Virus record (IMG/VR): IMGVR_UViG_3300049788_000021
Span: 1-54,023 of that record
Length of the DNA: 54,023 bases
Source: a virus
Lineage: Duplodnaviria; Caudoviricetes
Direction: 5' to 3' (one strand)
Numbering within the stretch: the first letter of the stretch is position 1; each line of letters starts with the position of its first letter. Positions 44,222-52,949 of this stretch are shown here, one piece after another. The translations under genes and the position numbers were made by a program. The notes beneath the pieces are model-generated. The model did not search any database and was not told the origin of the DNA. It saw only the letters and a list, made by a program, of their open reading frames with translations.

Positions 44222-46555
44222 ATGAACAAAGCAACGCTGTGGTTTCTTTTGCTAGTTGCGGCGTTCCCGTTCACCATTCAGGCTCAAAACAACACCAGCG
44301 TCACGGCTACGGTCGTAGGGCCGAACAGCGCACCGTGGGCCAATGCCACTGGTTATGCCTCGCTCGTTTGTCCAGGGAATGCCCAAGCCTACATCGGCAC
44401 CTCGCCCGTGCCCAGAACTTCCCCTACGGTAGGATTTGACAGCAACGGACACTTCACCCAAGTGCTTTACAACACCGCTGTGCTCGTGGATGTGAACAAA
44501 AATCCGATTTCCTGTTCCTACCAATATCACATCACCGATCAGTGCGGCACCAACGCCTTTATCACGCCTTCTCTCACGGGGATCACAGGTGCTGGTCCCG
44601 TCGATCTGAGCGGTCAGATTAATGCTGCTGCTCCAAATCCATGCGTGCCCAGCGGTGGCGGCGCGGCGTCCCCGCCGAACAACAGTCTGCAGTACAACAA
44701 AGCAGGTTCACTGGGTGGTACGGGTTATCTCTACAATCCCACCGATAACCAAAGTGCGGCCAGCGGCGCAAATTGTCCAAGCATCCCGTGTCAATCCATC
44801 ACTCCATCGGCTGACCCAACTTTGGGTTTGTACTACAACTCTCAGGGTTTGCAAATCAACAGCAGTTTTGTTGTGGCCGGGAACATCAAGGACAGCGGCT
44901 TGACCGCAGGTAACTGCGTGCAGGCTGGCACGGGTGGTGTGCTGACCACCATTGCTGCGGCATGTAACGCTCCTACTGGAGTTGTGTTGGGCAACAATAT
45001 CCAGACTTTCGGCAATTTCCAAGGGTCGGGAGCAAACAATGGCAGTGGCACGACCGCAACGGTGGGCGGCACGGCAGGCTCGAATGCTTTTGCCATTGCC
45101 TGCGGGCAATCCCAGAACAACGTGACCTTCGGGACTCCCGGTGGTGGATGGACTGCCTTGGCCAACAGTTGTTATGGCAACACTCTTTCGGTTGGGGCCA
45201 CTACAGTCACGCAAACGGTTCCTAGCGGAGGAACTTGGACTGACACACTCTCCATTCTAACCACCACAGGGTCTACCCCGACTGTGACTACCGTGACGAG
45301 CGGTAGTTGTTTTGCAAGTGGCCCCGGAACTACTTGCACTGCCACACCAGCGGGCGTTTCTGGTGGCGCAACGCTTTTTATCAATAACTATTGTGCCAGC
45401 GGTCTTTCTTGGGTGCCCATGAATGAAGCCATCAGTGACAATCTAGGAGATGTTTTCCAGCTACTTTCCACCAATCAGAATGCTTCAGGGAGCACAGGTG
45501 CGGCAGAGTGGAACTGGATGGTAGCCAGCGCAGTCGGCGGAAGCACTACCTTTACGGTTGCGCAACTAGTTGGGCCATCGAATAACACTCTTTGTCAATT
45601 TCAGGTGTTTACGGTCACCAATATTTCGTCGCTGGTGCCGGGAAGCTACACACTGCAAAGCTCTGACGGCAGCAAAATAGTGCAGTTTGAAGGCAATGCC
45701 AATGTCAACTTGACGCTCCCTGCAGCGTTCAGCGCAGGGTACGCATCACTTATTTCCAACGACACTGCTGGAGGTACGGTCACATTTTCTTCGGCGCAAA
45801 AAATCAATGGCACGGGCATTCCTGTGACTATCATTCCGGGTGAACAAACTTGGGTGGTTTCAGATGGAACAAATTGGTTTACCAGCCAAGGTCAGCCACC
45901 GGGAACGCCTGTGCCCAGTGTAAGCCGTTTCGATGCCGGAAATTTTACTGGAGTTTTCACCACCAGTGTCACGAATGCCGCCATTTCACCAAGACTCTCG
46001 TTCATTCCGGTAACTCAATCTCAGAACACTGTGTATGCCGCGCCTGCTGCGAGCAACGGGACCGCCACCTTCCGTTTTCTCGCGCAAGCGGACATTCCCG
46101 CAGGGGTCGCCGCAAATGCCAACTTGGCTTTCACTAATCGCAACTTGCCTGGGAATGTCAGTATCGGCGCAAGCAGTACCACCACGGTTGACTCCGTGAC
46201 CCTTGGTGCGCTTCCGGCAGCATGCGCCACGAACGGCTGCCGATTGCGGGTCAGCTATTCCTATTACTTCAGTGGTGGCACACAGGGCTGGTGCTGGGTA
46301 ACCGATGGCACGGTGAACAGCCGCGCAGCCAACGACCTCTCCAACAACAACGGCAACCAAGAGTCCTGTCAGGATAACGTCATCCTGCCCGCGACATACT
46401 CCAGCGGAGCGACCCCAACAATTTCAACCAAGGTCAACAACCTTGGAGCACAGACGGCTTGCGCACAAACAGGAACTGCTGCTCCTTGCAACGTAGCCAA
46501 TGCCAACGTGACCCTGAACAGCAATATGCAGATCGAAGTTATTTTGAGTAACTGA
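44222..46555 (+). CDS. Fibre/adhesin-like protein with a signal peptide
   Basis: MNKATLWFLLLVAAFPFTIQA-Q; T/G/S/N-rich; fibre-like motifs (SLQYNKAGSLGG, GLTAGNCVQAGTGG, ATFRFLAQADIP). Confidence 0.65.
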   Translation: MNKATLWFLLLVAAFPFTIQAQNNTSVTATVVGPNSAPWANATGYASLVCPGNAQAYIGTSPVPRTSPTVGFDSNGHFTQVLYNTAVLVDVNKNPISCSYQYHITDQCGTNAFITPSLTGITGAGPVDLSGQINAAAPNPCVPSGGGAASPPNNSLQYNKAGSLGGTGYLYNPTDNQSAASGANCPSIPCQSITPSADPTLGLYYNSQGLQINSSFVVAGNIKDSGLTAGNCVQAGTGGVLTTIAAACNAPTGVVLGNNIQTFGNFQGSGANNGSGTTATVGGTAGSNAFAIACGQSQNNVTFGTPGGGWTALANSCYGNTLSVGATTVTQTVPSGGTWTDTLSILTTTGSTPTVTTVTSGSCFASGPGTTCTATPAGVSGGATLFINNYCASGLSWVPMNEAISDNLGDVFQLLSTNQNASGSTGAAEWNWMVASAVGGSTTFTVAQLVGPSNNTLCQFQVFTVTNISSLVPGSYTLQSSDGSKIVQFEGNANVNLTLPAAFSAGYASLISNDTAGGTVTFSSAQKINGTGIPVTIIPGEQTWVVSDGTNWFTSQGQPPGTPVPSVSRFDAGNFTGVFTTSVTNAAISPRLSFIPVTQSQNTVYAAPAASNGTATFRFLAQADIPAGVAANANLAFTNRNLPGNVSIGASSTTTVDSVTLGALPAACATNGCRLRVSYSYYFSGGTQGWCWVTDGTVNSRAANDLSNNNGNQESCQDNVILPATYSSGATPTISTKVNNLGAQTACAQTGTAAPCNVANANVTLNSNMQIEVILSN

Positions 46556-48186
46556 TGAAAAAGCTGCTTCTTTTGCTGCTGCTTATCGCCGTTCGTTCAA
46601 ACGCGCAGAATTCCACCACGGTCACTGCCACGGTCACCGATGCGGGTGGGGTGGCTTGGGCCAACGGAACTTACGAGTTTGATTTTGTTGGTTCAACTAC
46701 GGTCAGTTGGGCGGGAGGGACGGTCCCGCGCACCATCAGCGGAAACCTTGACAACACTGGTTCACTCTCAAAAGCCGTTCCCAACAACAACACCATCAGC
46801 CCACAACCCAACAGTTGGAACCTGAAGGTCTGCCCCAACGCTCAAGTGACCGCACCACCATCATCGTGTTTTACGAAATCGAACATCTTCGTCACCGGGG
46901 CCACCCAGACGGTAAGCATCACTCCGCTTGCATTGGTTATCGCTCCAGGTGTCGGGCAGGTAGCCTATGCCACCAATGAAGTCTCTCCCGCGCCGCTTGG
47001 TTCACAAGTGCTTATCTATGGAGGGCAGTTGCAGATTTGCACCTCTGCGACGGGGAACACCTGCCTTACATGGTCGGCTGCTGGTGGTGGATCATGGGCA
47101 AGCATTACCGGAAAGCCGGGAGCGTGCCCATCAGGGCAGTTCTACATCGACATTGCTGCCGGAACATGCGCCCCGGCAGTCCAGCCTGTACTGACGCAAC
47201 TGCAAACTTACGGGTGCTCTCCTATAGCCAATCCAGTTCCCAATCCTCCATGGGTGCCTAACAGTTCTGGGTTAATCATTGGCACTAGCTTTCAAGCAGT
47301 ATCGGAAAGCGGCTTCGCTGAGTGCGAAGTGCAGCTACAAAATCAAGGTGTTGTGGCAGAAGCTACGGGTGGTGGTTGGAGTCTTCCGAGCGACCAGTAC
47401 GCATCGGCAAACCTAGACCATTTTGCTACTGCTGGGACGCAAATTGTCGGCGGTGAAAACACTTGGCAGATTGGTGTTCGGGTACAAGCTCCGGGTGTAA
47501 ACGGTGGAGGAGGCGAGTTTTGGGGCGTGTCCGCGCTTGACGACAATAGCGGCTACGTATCGCAGTATTTAGTTACTGGTCCCGGCGACAACACAGTTAC
47601 GGTCGTCAATCCGCGTTATCTGCCTGTAGCAGGTGACGCTTACGAACTCGCTGCGGTAGGTTCGACAATTTACGCTTACTTCAATGGACTTCTGGTTGCC
47701 ACGGTTATTGATGGAACGTGGTCAGGCGGAAGCACGGGCTTTTTTGTCGATTGTTTTGCAACGGGTGGCTCAATCCATGATTGTCAGTGGTCGCAAATCG
47801 CCGCAGGCGCTGCTGGCGCGTCCACTTCCAGCGTGGACTTTCCGGTATTTGCTGCGGGAGTGGGAGTGAACGCGCAAATGTTGCTGCGCGTCCAGATGAC
47901 ACGGCAAATCATGTTTCCGGCAGGGGCCGCATTGTCGAAGGCCACTGCCAGCGTGGCTGCCACGGGAAGCACCACCTTTACCTTGAAGAAAAACGGCACA
48001 CCTTTTGCCACCGTTGTATTTGCCGTTTCGGGCACCACCGGAACATGGACCCAGGCAGCCGATGCGCAATTTGCCGCAGGAGACATTCTGGAAATCGACG
48101 GACCAGCAACGCACGACACTACCCTTGCCAATATTGGCATTACCTTGGCCGGATGCAAAGGAACGGTGACTACGTGTACTCCATGA
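46555..48186 (+). CDS. Fibre/adhesin-like protein with a signal peptide
   Basis: MKKLLLLLLLIAVRSNA-Q; SWASITGKP fibre motif; PSDQY lectin-like repeat. Confidence 0.65.
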   Translation: MKKLLLLLLLIAVRSNAQNSTTVTATVTDAGGVAWANGTYEFDFVGSTTVSWAGGTVPRTISGNLDNTGSLSKAVPNNNTISPQPNSWNLKVCPNAQVTAPPSSCFTKSNIFVTGATQTVSITPLALVIAPGVGQVAYATNEVSPAPLGSQVLIYGGQLQICTSATGNTCLTWSAAGGGSWASITGKPGACPSGQFYIDIAAGTCAPAVQPVLTQLQTYGCSPIANPVPNPPWVPNSSGLIIGTSFQAVSESGFAECEVQLQNQGVVAEATGGGWSLPSDQYASANLDHFATAGTQIVGGENTWQIGVRVQAPGVNGGGGEFWGVSALDDNSGYVSQYLVTGPGDNTVTVVNPRYLPVAGDAYELAAVGSTIYAYFNGLLVATVIDGTWSGGSTGFFVDCFATGGSIHDCQWSQIAAGAAGASTSSVDFPVFAAGVGVNAQMLLRVQMTRQIMFPAGAALSKATASVAATGSTTFTLKKNGTPFATVVFAVSGTTGTWTQAADAQFAAGDILEIDGPATHDTTLANIGITLAGCKGTVTTCTP

Positions 48187-48539
48187 TTTTTCTGTTGTTC
48201 TGGCAGTTCGCGCAAGCTCCCGCAGCAACATGGACAGAAAAGCCTGTACCGCACTGGACCTGTCCTGCTGCTGGCTATATGCTGAATAACGCCCAGCAAA
48301 CTCCGGTATGCGGAAGACGCACCAAGCATAATCAGGAACAGATGAAAGTGGACCTGACCACCGAAGAGTATATTTTCTGGAAGTGGACCCGGAAAATAAA
48401 CGCAGACGGCAAGTTGGACCTCGCTTACCCGCAGGAAATCCGTAATCCTGGGTGCTCCATCGTGAGCACAGACAAAGACTTCAAGGGAAAACCGGGGCAG
48501 TCGGTGAACTTGGATTGCTACGGGATTGTGAAGAGGTAA
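48183..48539 (+). CDS. Small putatively exported protein
   Basis: MIFLLFWQFAQA; four Cys; ATGA overlap. Confidence 0.5.
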   Translation: MIFLLFWQFAQAPAATWTEKPVPHWTCPAAGYMLNNAQQTPVCGRRTKHNQEQMKVDLTTEEYIFWKWTRKINADGKLDLAYPQEIRNPGCSIVSTDKDFKGKPGQSVNLDCYGIVKR

Positions 48540-48545
48540 TAAGTT

Positions 48546-50204
48546 ATGAAACGCTTAATGGTTTTTCTGCTGCTCGCCGCGAGCGCACACGCGCAGAGCA
48601 CTATCGTGACTACCAACACCGTTGGAGGCAAGGGTCTAAGGGATGCCAATGGCATTGTGTGGTCCAATGGAACGTACTTTTTTGATTTTGTCGGTCCCAG
48701 TTCCGTGGCTTGGCCGGGGGGTGCGCTGCCACGTCACATCACCGGGAAATTAGGAGCCAACGGAGTTTTTACCGCATCTGTTCCTGATAACAATACCATC
48801 ACTCCCGGCCCTTCCAGTTGGACGGTGACGCTGTGCCCCAACAATGCAGTTACCGGGGGAGCGGACCAGTGTTCTATCACCACAAACATTTTTGTCACTG
48901 GACCATCGTTGCAACTGAACATCACTCCTGATCCCATTACCATTCCTGGCACCACCAAGCCGCCCGTAGCAGCCTACGATGACTCTGAAATCACCGCTCC
49001 GGTAGTGGTGGGGTTGAACTATTTGAACATTGAAAGCCTGAGCGCTCCGGTAATCAGAACGTGCCTAGCGGTTTCCAGCAGTGGCAACTGCGCAAAATGG
49101 ATAGATGCTCCCGGCGCTGTGGGTGGGTTGCCGACCATCCCTTCGGCGCACCTGCTTTTCGTGGACGGCACCAGAACGGATACCTACACTGCTGACGGTA
49201 CTCTGGGAACGCCCTTCAAAACCATCATGGCGGCGGTCAATCAGATCGTTAGCAATGGTGACAATGCCCCGCCCACTCCGGTTATCTATCGCATCCAGGT
49301 CAATCCTGCGGTGTACAACGAAAGCATTGACCTCAGTAATCCGAAACTGAGCGCTCTGGTGTTTACCGGATATGGCGCGACGGTTGCCGGAACACAGACC
49401 ATGCTGAAAATCCGCAACAACGACGGCATGAGCGATGTGCTGTTCTACGGCTTTCTGTTCGATTTCACGGGGTCCACCGCTCCGTTCTTTGACATTGGCA
49501 GCAGCACCAACAACACCAATTTTCTGAGCGGCACGTACTACTCTTTAGGACTGCAGTTTCTCGACACTTCGTTTATTGGCACGGGCAACGCCAATATCGG
49601 GCAAGCGCAAAACTGCGTGTTCGACCGCACCTTCTTTCCGCAAAGTTCGCCAAATTTTACTTTCACGAACGATAGTTTGGTGGTCATGCGCAACACCCAG
49701 GTCAGTCAAGGTGGCACGGCTAATTTGGTCACCGACACGACGCAGCCGATCCCCAGCGGCTTTAGCGCCACACAATTGCAGTTGCGCCATTCAAGCACCC
49801 GCCTTGCCGTGACTATTGGCGCAGGGTCGCAACTGGTGCTTGCCGATGGCGTGCGCATCATCAATACCATCACCGTGAACGGGCTGCTGCGCAATTTCAA
49901 CTCCGTCACTACCGGAGCGGTGGTGGTGAACTCTGGCGGCACCTATCGCTGCGAGGCTGGATGCGTCAATGCCGGGACCGTCACTCTTAACAGTGGTTCT
50001 ACTTTTCAGCCGCTGGGCACCTACGGGATGAACGATCTGTTTCTTGGACAGCAGCAGCATATTCTCGGCGGAACAGCCACACCAAACGGTGTGGTGGTTG
50101 GCAACCCAGGAGATTTATACCTTTGCACTACTGGTGGAGCGGGCCAGACCCTGTGGATTAAGGAGTCCGGAGTGGGCACCAACACGGGCTGGAACAACAA
50201 GTAG
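48546..50204 (+). CDS. Tailspike/beta-helix-like protein with a signal peptide
   Basis: MKRLMVFLLLAASAHA-Q; ADGTLGTPFKTIMAAV beta-helix start; C-terminal GTATPNGVVVGNPGDLY...WIKESGVGTNTGW. Confidence 0.7.
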   Translation: MKRLMVFLLLAASAHAQSTIVTTNTVGGKGLRDANGIVWSNGTYFFDFVGPSSVAWPGGALPRHITGKLGANGVFTASVPDNNTITPGPSSWTVTLCPNNAVTGGADQCSITTNIFVTGPSLQLNITPDPITIPGTTKPPVAAYDDSEITAPVVVGLNYLNIESLSAPVIRTCLAVSSSGNCAKWIDAPGAVGGLPTIPSAHLLFVDGTRTDTYTADGTLGTPFKTIMAAVNQIVSNGDNAPPTPVIYRIQVNPAVYNESIDLSNPKLSALVFTGYGATVAGTQTMLKIRNNDGMSDVLFYGFLFDFTGSTAPFFDIGSSTNNTNFLSGTYYSLGLQFLDTSFIGTGNANIGQAQNCVFDRTFFPQSSPNFTFTNDSLVVMRNTQVSQGGTANLVTDTTQPIPSGFSATQLQLRHSSTRLAVTIGAGSQLVLADGVRIINTITVNGLLRNFNSVTTGAVVVNSGGTYRCEAGCVNAGTVTLNSGSTFQPLGTYGMNDLFLGQQQHILGGTATPNGVVVGNPGDLYLCTTGGAGQTLWIKESGVGTNTGWNNK

Positions 50205-50214
50205 GGAGGTTCTT

Positions 50215-50484
50215 ATGAACGATTGGTTTTCTCAACATCCGCACTTGTACATGGTTACGGTCTTGGTGGCTTACTGGGTGGTTTCAACATTTGTGGATCG
50301 TCTTCCAGCGCCGACTGACAAAAGTGGAGCATTGTACAAATCGCTGTATACGGCCTTGCAAGGATTTAGCGCCAACTTGAAAAATGCTACCGCAGGAATG
50401 CGTGCGCTGTTGCCGAAACCTGCCGCTCAAGCGCCGGCAAAACAGCCAGCGCCGCCCACGCCACCGTCGAAGAAGCCACAATGA
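50215..50484 (+). CDS. Small membrane protein (holin-like)
   Basis: GGAGG SD; one TM segment; lies in the lysis region. Confidence 0.5.
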   Translation: MNDWFSQHPHLYMVTVLVAYWVVSTFVDRLPAPTDKSGALYKSLYTALQGFSANLKNATAGMRALLPKPAAQAPAKQPAPPTPPSKKPQ

Positions 50485-50807
50485 CTGCTTTCTGGACTCA
50501 TCTGCTGTTAAGCCTCGTGGTGGCCACCATTCTTGCTGCGTTCATCCGTGCCCTGTTTCTGGTACGCAATGAAATCGCATCGAAAGGCACGGGAGAGTTT
50601 TGGGGATTTATCGAGCGTAAGTTTGATGTTATTTCCTTGCTGCTTCTGCTGCTCGTTCTGTTGAGTGCCGCGCTTTATTTCCATCAAATCATTACCGACA
50701 CGGAAACCAGTTGGCTGGAGCAGACTATCACCACCATTCTCGGCGCGTACATCGGATTGACGCAGACCAGCAAACATCCGCCAGAACCACCAGTAAGTAA
50801 AACGTGA
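50481..50807 (+). CDS. Putative holin
   Basis: Two to three TM segments; directly before the endolysin. Confidence 0.55.
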   Translation: MTAFWTHLLLSLVVATILAAFIRALFLVRNEIASKGTGEFWGFIERKFDVISLLLLLLVLLSAALYFHQIITDTETSWLEQTITTILGAYIGLTQTSKHPPEPPVSKT

Positions 50808-50818
50808 AGGGAGATTTC

Positions 50819-51247
50819 ATGGAACCGAAACCTTACAACGATATGGATGCCGCAGACTTGCTGGCACTCTGTGTGTGGCGCGAAAGCCGGGGCGAGCCGG
50901 ATGCCGGGAAGCTGGGTGTGGCCTACAGCGTCATAAACCGCGTGCAGCGGCCCTGCTGGTGGGGCAATACCATCCATACGGTGGTGTTGAAACCCTATCA
51001 ATATTCTTCGTTTAATCCAGATGATGTGAATGCTGATTTGTGGCCGCAGGATGATGATCCCTCGTGGAAAGCCAGTCAAGAAGCCGCCCAAGCAGCTATT
51101 GGAAACGAACCCGATCCCACCGAGGGAGCTACGCACTACCACGCCACGGACATTGATTTCCCAAAAGGGTGGGGAAACATTGCGGAGTATCAGCAAACGC
51201 TTTTGGTCAGTGGTCATGTTTTTTACAAGTACTTGGGGAAACCCTAA
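50819..51247 (+). CDS. Endolysin, SleB/Hydrolase_2 cell-wall hydrolase
   Basis: LALCVWRESRGE...VAYSVINRV...QYSSFN...DPTEGATHYH...HVFY. Confidence 0.9.
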   Translation: MEPKPYNDMDAADLLALCVWRESRGEPDAGKLGVAYSVINRVQRPCWWGNTIHTVVLKPYQYSSFNPDDVNADLWPQDDDPSWKASQEAAQAAIGNEPDPTEGATHYHATDIDFPKGWGNIAEYQQTLLVSGHVFYKYLGKP

Positions 51248-51262
51248 AAAGGAGCACAACGT

Positions 51263-51865
51263 ATGAAATATCTCTGCGTCATAGAAGTACTCAATCAAGT
51301 CGATGGTCCACCGTCAGGAGGACCTCCAGGTATCTGGGGTCCACCTGGACCGTGGCCCACACCACCAATCTACTTGCCACCGGGAGGAGGAGGAGGAACA
51401 CCTCCGGGGATTTGGGGTCCTCCAGGTCCATGGCCAACTCCACCGATCTATCTGCCTCCAGGTCCATGGCCAACTCCACCGATCTATCTGCCACCGGGAG
51501 GAGGAACACCTCCAGGGGCACCGGGAGTTCCAACGTTCCCGATCTGGGGTCCTCCAGGTTTCAATCCACCAGGACCAGGGTATCCACCAGGGATTGGTGG
51601 TGGCCCAGTTATCCCGCCAGCGCCCGACGCGCCTCCAGGCACGCCAGCACTGCCGATCTGGCCTCCTCCGGGGATCAGTCTTCCGCCAGTTCCGGGTTAT
51701 CCGCCCGTGGCGCAACATCCCATCGTGTTACCGGGACCGCCCACGGCACCACCACCGTCAGAGGGCATCAAGCCCCCTCCTCCGGGTGGTGGGTGGGGCT
51801 ATCATCCAGATTTTGGCTGGGGCTATTTTCCAGGTGGTGGCGGAAAACCAGTTCCTCCAGGCTAA
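51263..51865 (+). CDS. Proline/glycine-rich repeat protein
   Basis: AAGGAG SD; PPGIWGPPGPWPTPPIYLPPG repeats. Confidence 0.75.
   Translation: MKYLCVIEVLNQVDGPPSGGPPGIWGPPGPWPTPPIYLPPGGGGGTPPGIWGPPGPWPTPPIYLPPGPWPTPPIYLPPGGGTPPGAPGVPTFPIWGPPGFNPPGPGYPPGIGGGPVIPPAPDAPPGTPALPIWPPPGISLPPVPGYPPVAQHPIVLPGPPTAPPPSEGIKPPPPGGGWGYHPDFGWGYFPGGGGKPVPPG
51421..51492. repeat. Perfect 36-bp tandem duplication
   Basis: TCCAGGTCCATGGCCAACTCCACCGATCTATCTGCC twice. Confidence 0.9.
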
Positions 51866-51892
51866 AATAAACAAGAAGCCATCCGTGGATTT

Positions 51893-52441
51893 TCAAGCAC
51901 GACGTTTCAGACCACGGATGGCTTCTTCTACTGGCAGCGTGGACATGTCGCGCAAAATGTTTTCGGGAACGTTGTAGGAGTAGCCATAATTTTGGTTTAA
52001 TCGACCCCAAAACTTTTCCTGTCTTGCTTCGTAATCACGACACCACCCTGCAATCCAAAAGCGGGGCGCTTCCCATGCCAGCACTAAAACATAGATGCCC
52101 ATGTGATCGTCTTTTTGCACCATTAGGTGCGCGGGGTCGGCATCGGTACGAGTACAGCGACGATGAAATGGTTCCACGTCCGGTCCAGCGTTTCCTTTAC
52201 TGTTCCAATGCAGAAGATGACTCCATTGCAGATACTCCTTTTCGCTCCAGCGATGAAGCACGTACTCTCCGTGACATGACCAATAGTTATCGTAAAAGGC
52301 GCGATGTTCCGGCATGCCTCGTCGGTCGAAGTGTCCCCTGTAAATGTCTGGAGTAATGCGCTCGACAGACAGGTAGCCGCAGTTCAACATTTCCTGCTTG
52401 TCGAGGTCCCATGGGATTTGTATTGGCTTTGGGCGCGGCAC
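51893..52441 (-). CDS. Hypothetical protein near attP
   Basis: ORF with AGGGGAG upstream. Confidence 0.65.
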   Translation of the reverse strand: MPRPKPIQIPWDLDKQEMLNCGYLSVERITPDIYRGHFDRRGMPEHRAFYDNYWSCHGEYVLHRWSEKEYLQWSHLLHWNSKGNAGPDVEPFHRRCTRTDADPAHLMVQKDDHMGIYVLVLAWEAPRFWIAGWCRDYEARQEKFWGRLNQNYGYSYNVPENILRDMSTLPVEEAIRGLKRRA

Positions 52442-52594
52442 GGAATGCGCGGTTCTTTTCTCCCCTCGCGCATCGCGAAAAACACGGCAGCAGGGAGCCG
52501 CCCTCCCCGCTACCGTGTCACAAGGAAACTGCTTCAGACCTCATACCGGAACACCGGGAACAAGAAAAGGGGATTGTTTCCGCATTACTTTCGC

Positions 52595-52836
52595 CTGTAG
52601 TCGCGCAAACCCGAAGTACGCCACTGTAGCCGTGAATGTCACCAAAACCTACGCAAACGTAGATGAACCTACGTCAACCTAAATCAACAACTCCTTTGCT
52701 ATCAACGTAACTTCTGTCTGTTCAGAAGGTTAGGAACGTTGAAATCGTTCTCATAACCCGAAGGACGTTGGTTCAAATCCAACCCCCGCAACAACTTACA
52801 GACACAGCCAATCTACTGTAGTCGAAAATGTCACCA
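52595..52836. promoter_or_regulatory. attP region with arm-type direct repeats
   Basis: ACTGTAGCCGTGAATGTCACCA (52623) and ACTGTAGTCGAAAATGTCACCA (52815) match at 19/22; CTGTAGTCG at 52595; these flank the tRNA core. Confidence 0.7.
52750..52793 (+). other. attP core: 3' half of an initiator tRNA-Met(CAT)
   Basis: CTCATAACCCGAAGGACGTTGGTTCAAATCCAACCCCCGCAAC gives the anticodon loop, T-arm and acceptor 3' strand; no 5' half. Confidence 0.85.
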
Positions 52837-52844
52837 CAATAAGA

Positions 52845-52880
52845 AGGGCCACCTTTTCGGAGGTGGCCCTGGTTGTTTTT
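52845..52880 (+). terminator. Rho-independent terminator downstream of the tRNA fragment
   Basis: AGGGCCACCTT-TTCG-GAGGTGGCCCT followed by GGTTGTTTTT. Confidence 0.75.
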
Positions 52881-52881
52881 G

Positions 52882-52920
52882 AGCGAGGGGTCGTGGGTTC
52901 AACTCCCACCACCCCCACTA
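52882..52920 (+). other. Second tRNA 3' fragment (identity unresolved)
   Basis: AGCGAG-GGGTC-GTGGG-TTCAACT-CCCAC-CACCCCC-A-CTA has correct T-arm and acceptor spacing. Confidence 0.65.
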
Positions 52921-52949
52921 AAAGGCGAGTGCTCTACCCTGTTGTTGAG

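Noticed and set aside
41270-50204. Diversity-generating retroelement or invertible fibre cassette
   Set aside because: No reverse transcriptase or invertase gene, no adenine-specific TR/VR pair seen, and all fibre genes are co-oriented
51169-51977. Alternative-frame ORFs over the proline-rich gene
   Set aside because: They stay open because of the repetitive CCN/GGN codons; only 51263..51865 has a good SD and a coherent sequence
52700-52920. Intact tRNA genes
   Set aside because: Only 3' halves are present; no D-arm or 5' acceptor strand pairs with them
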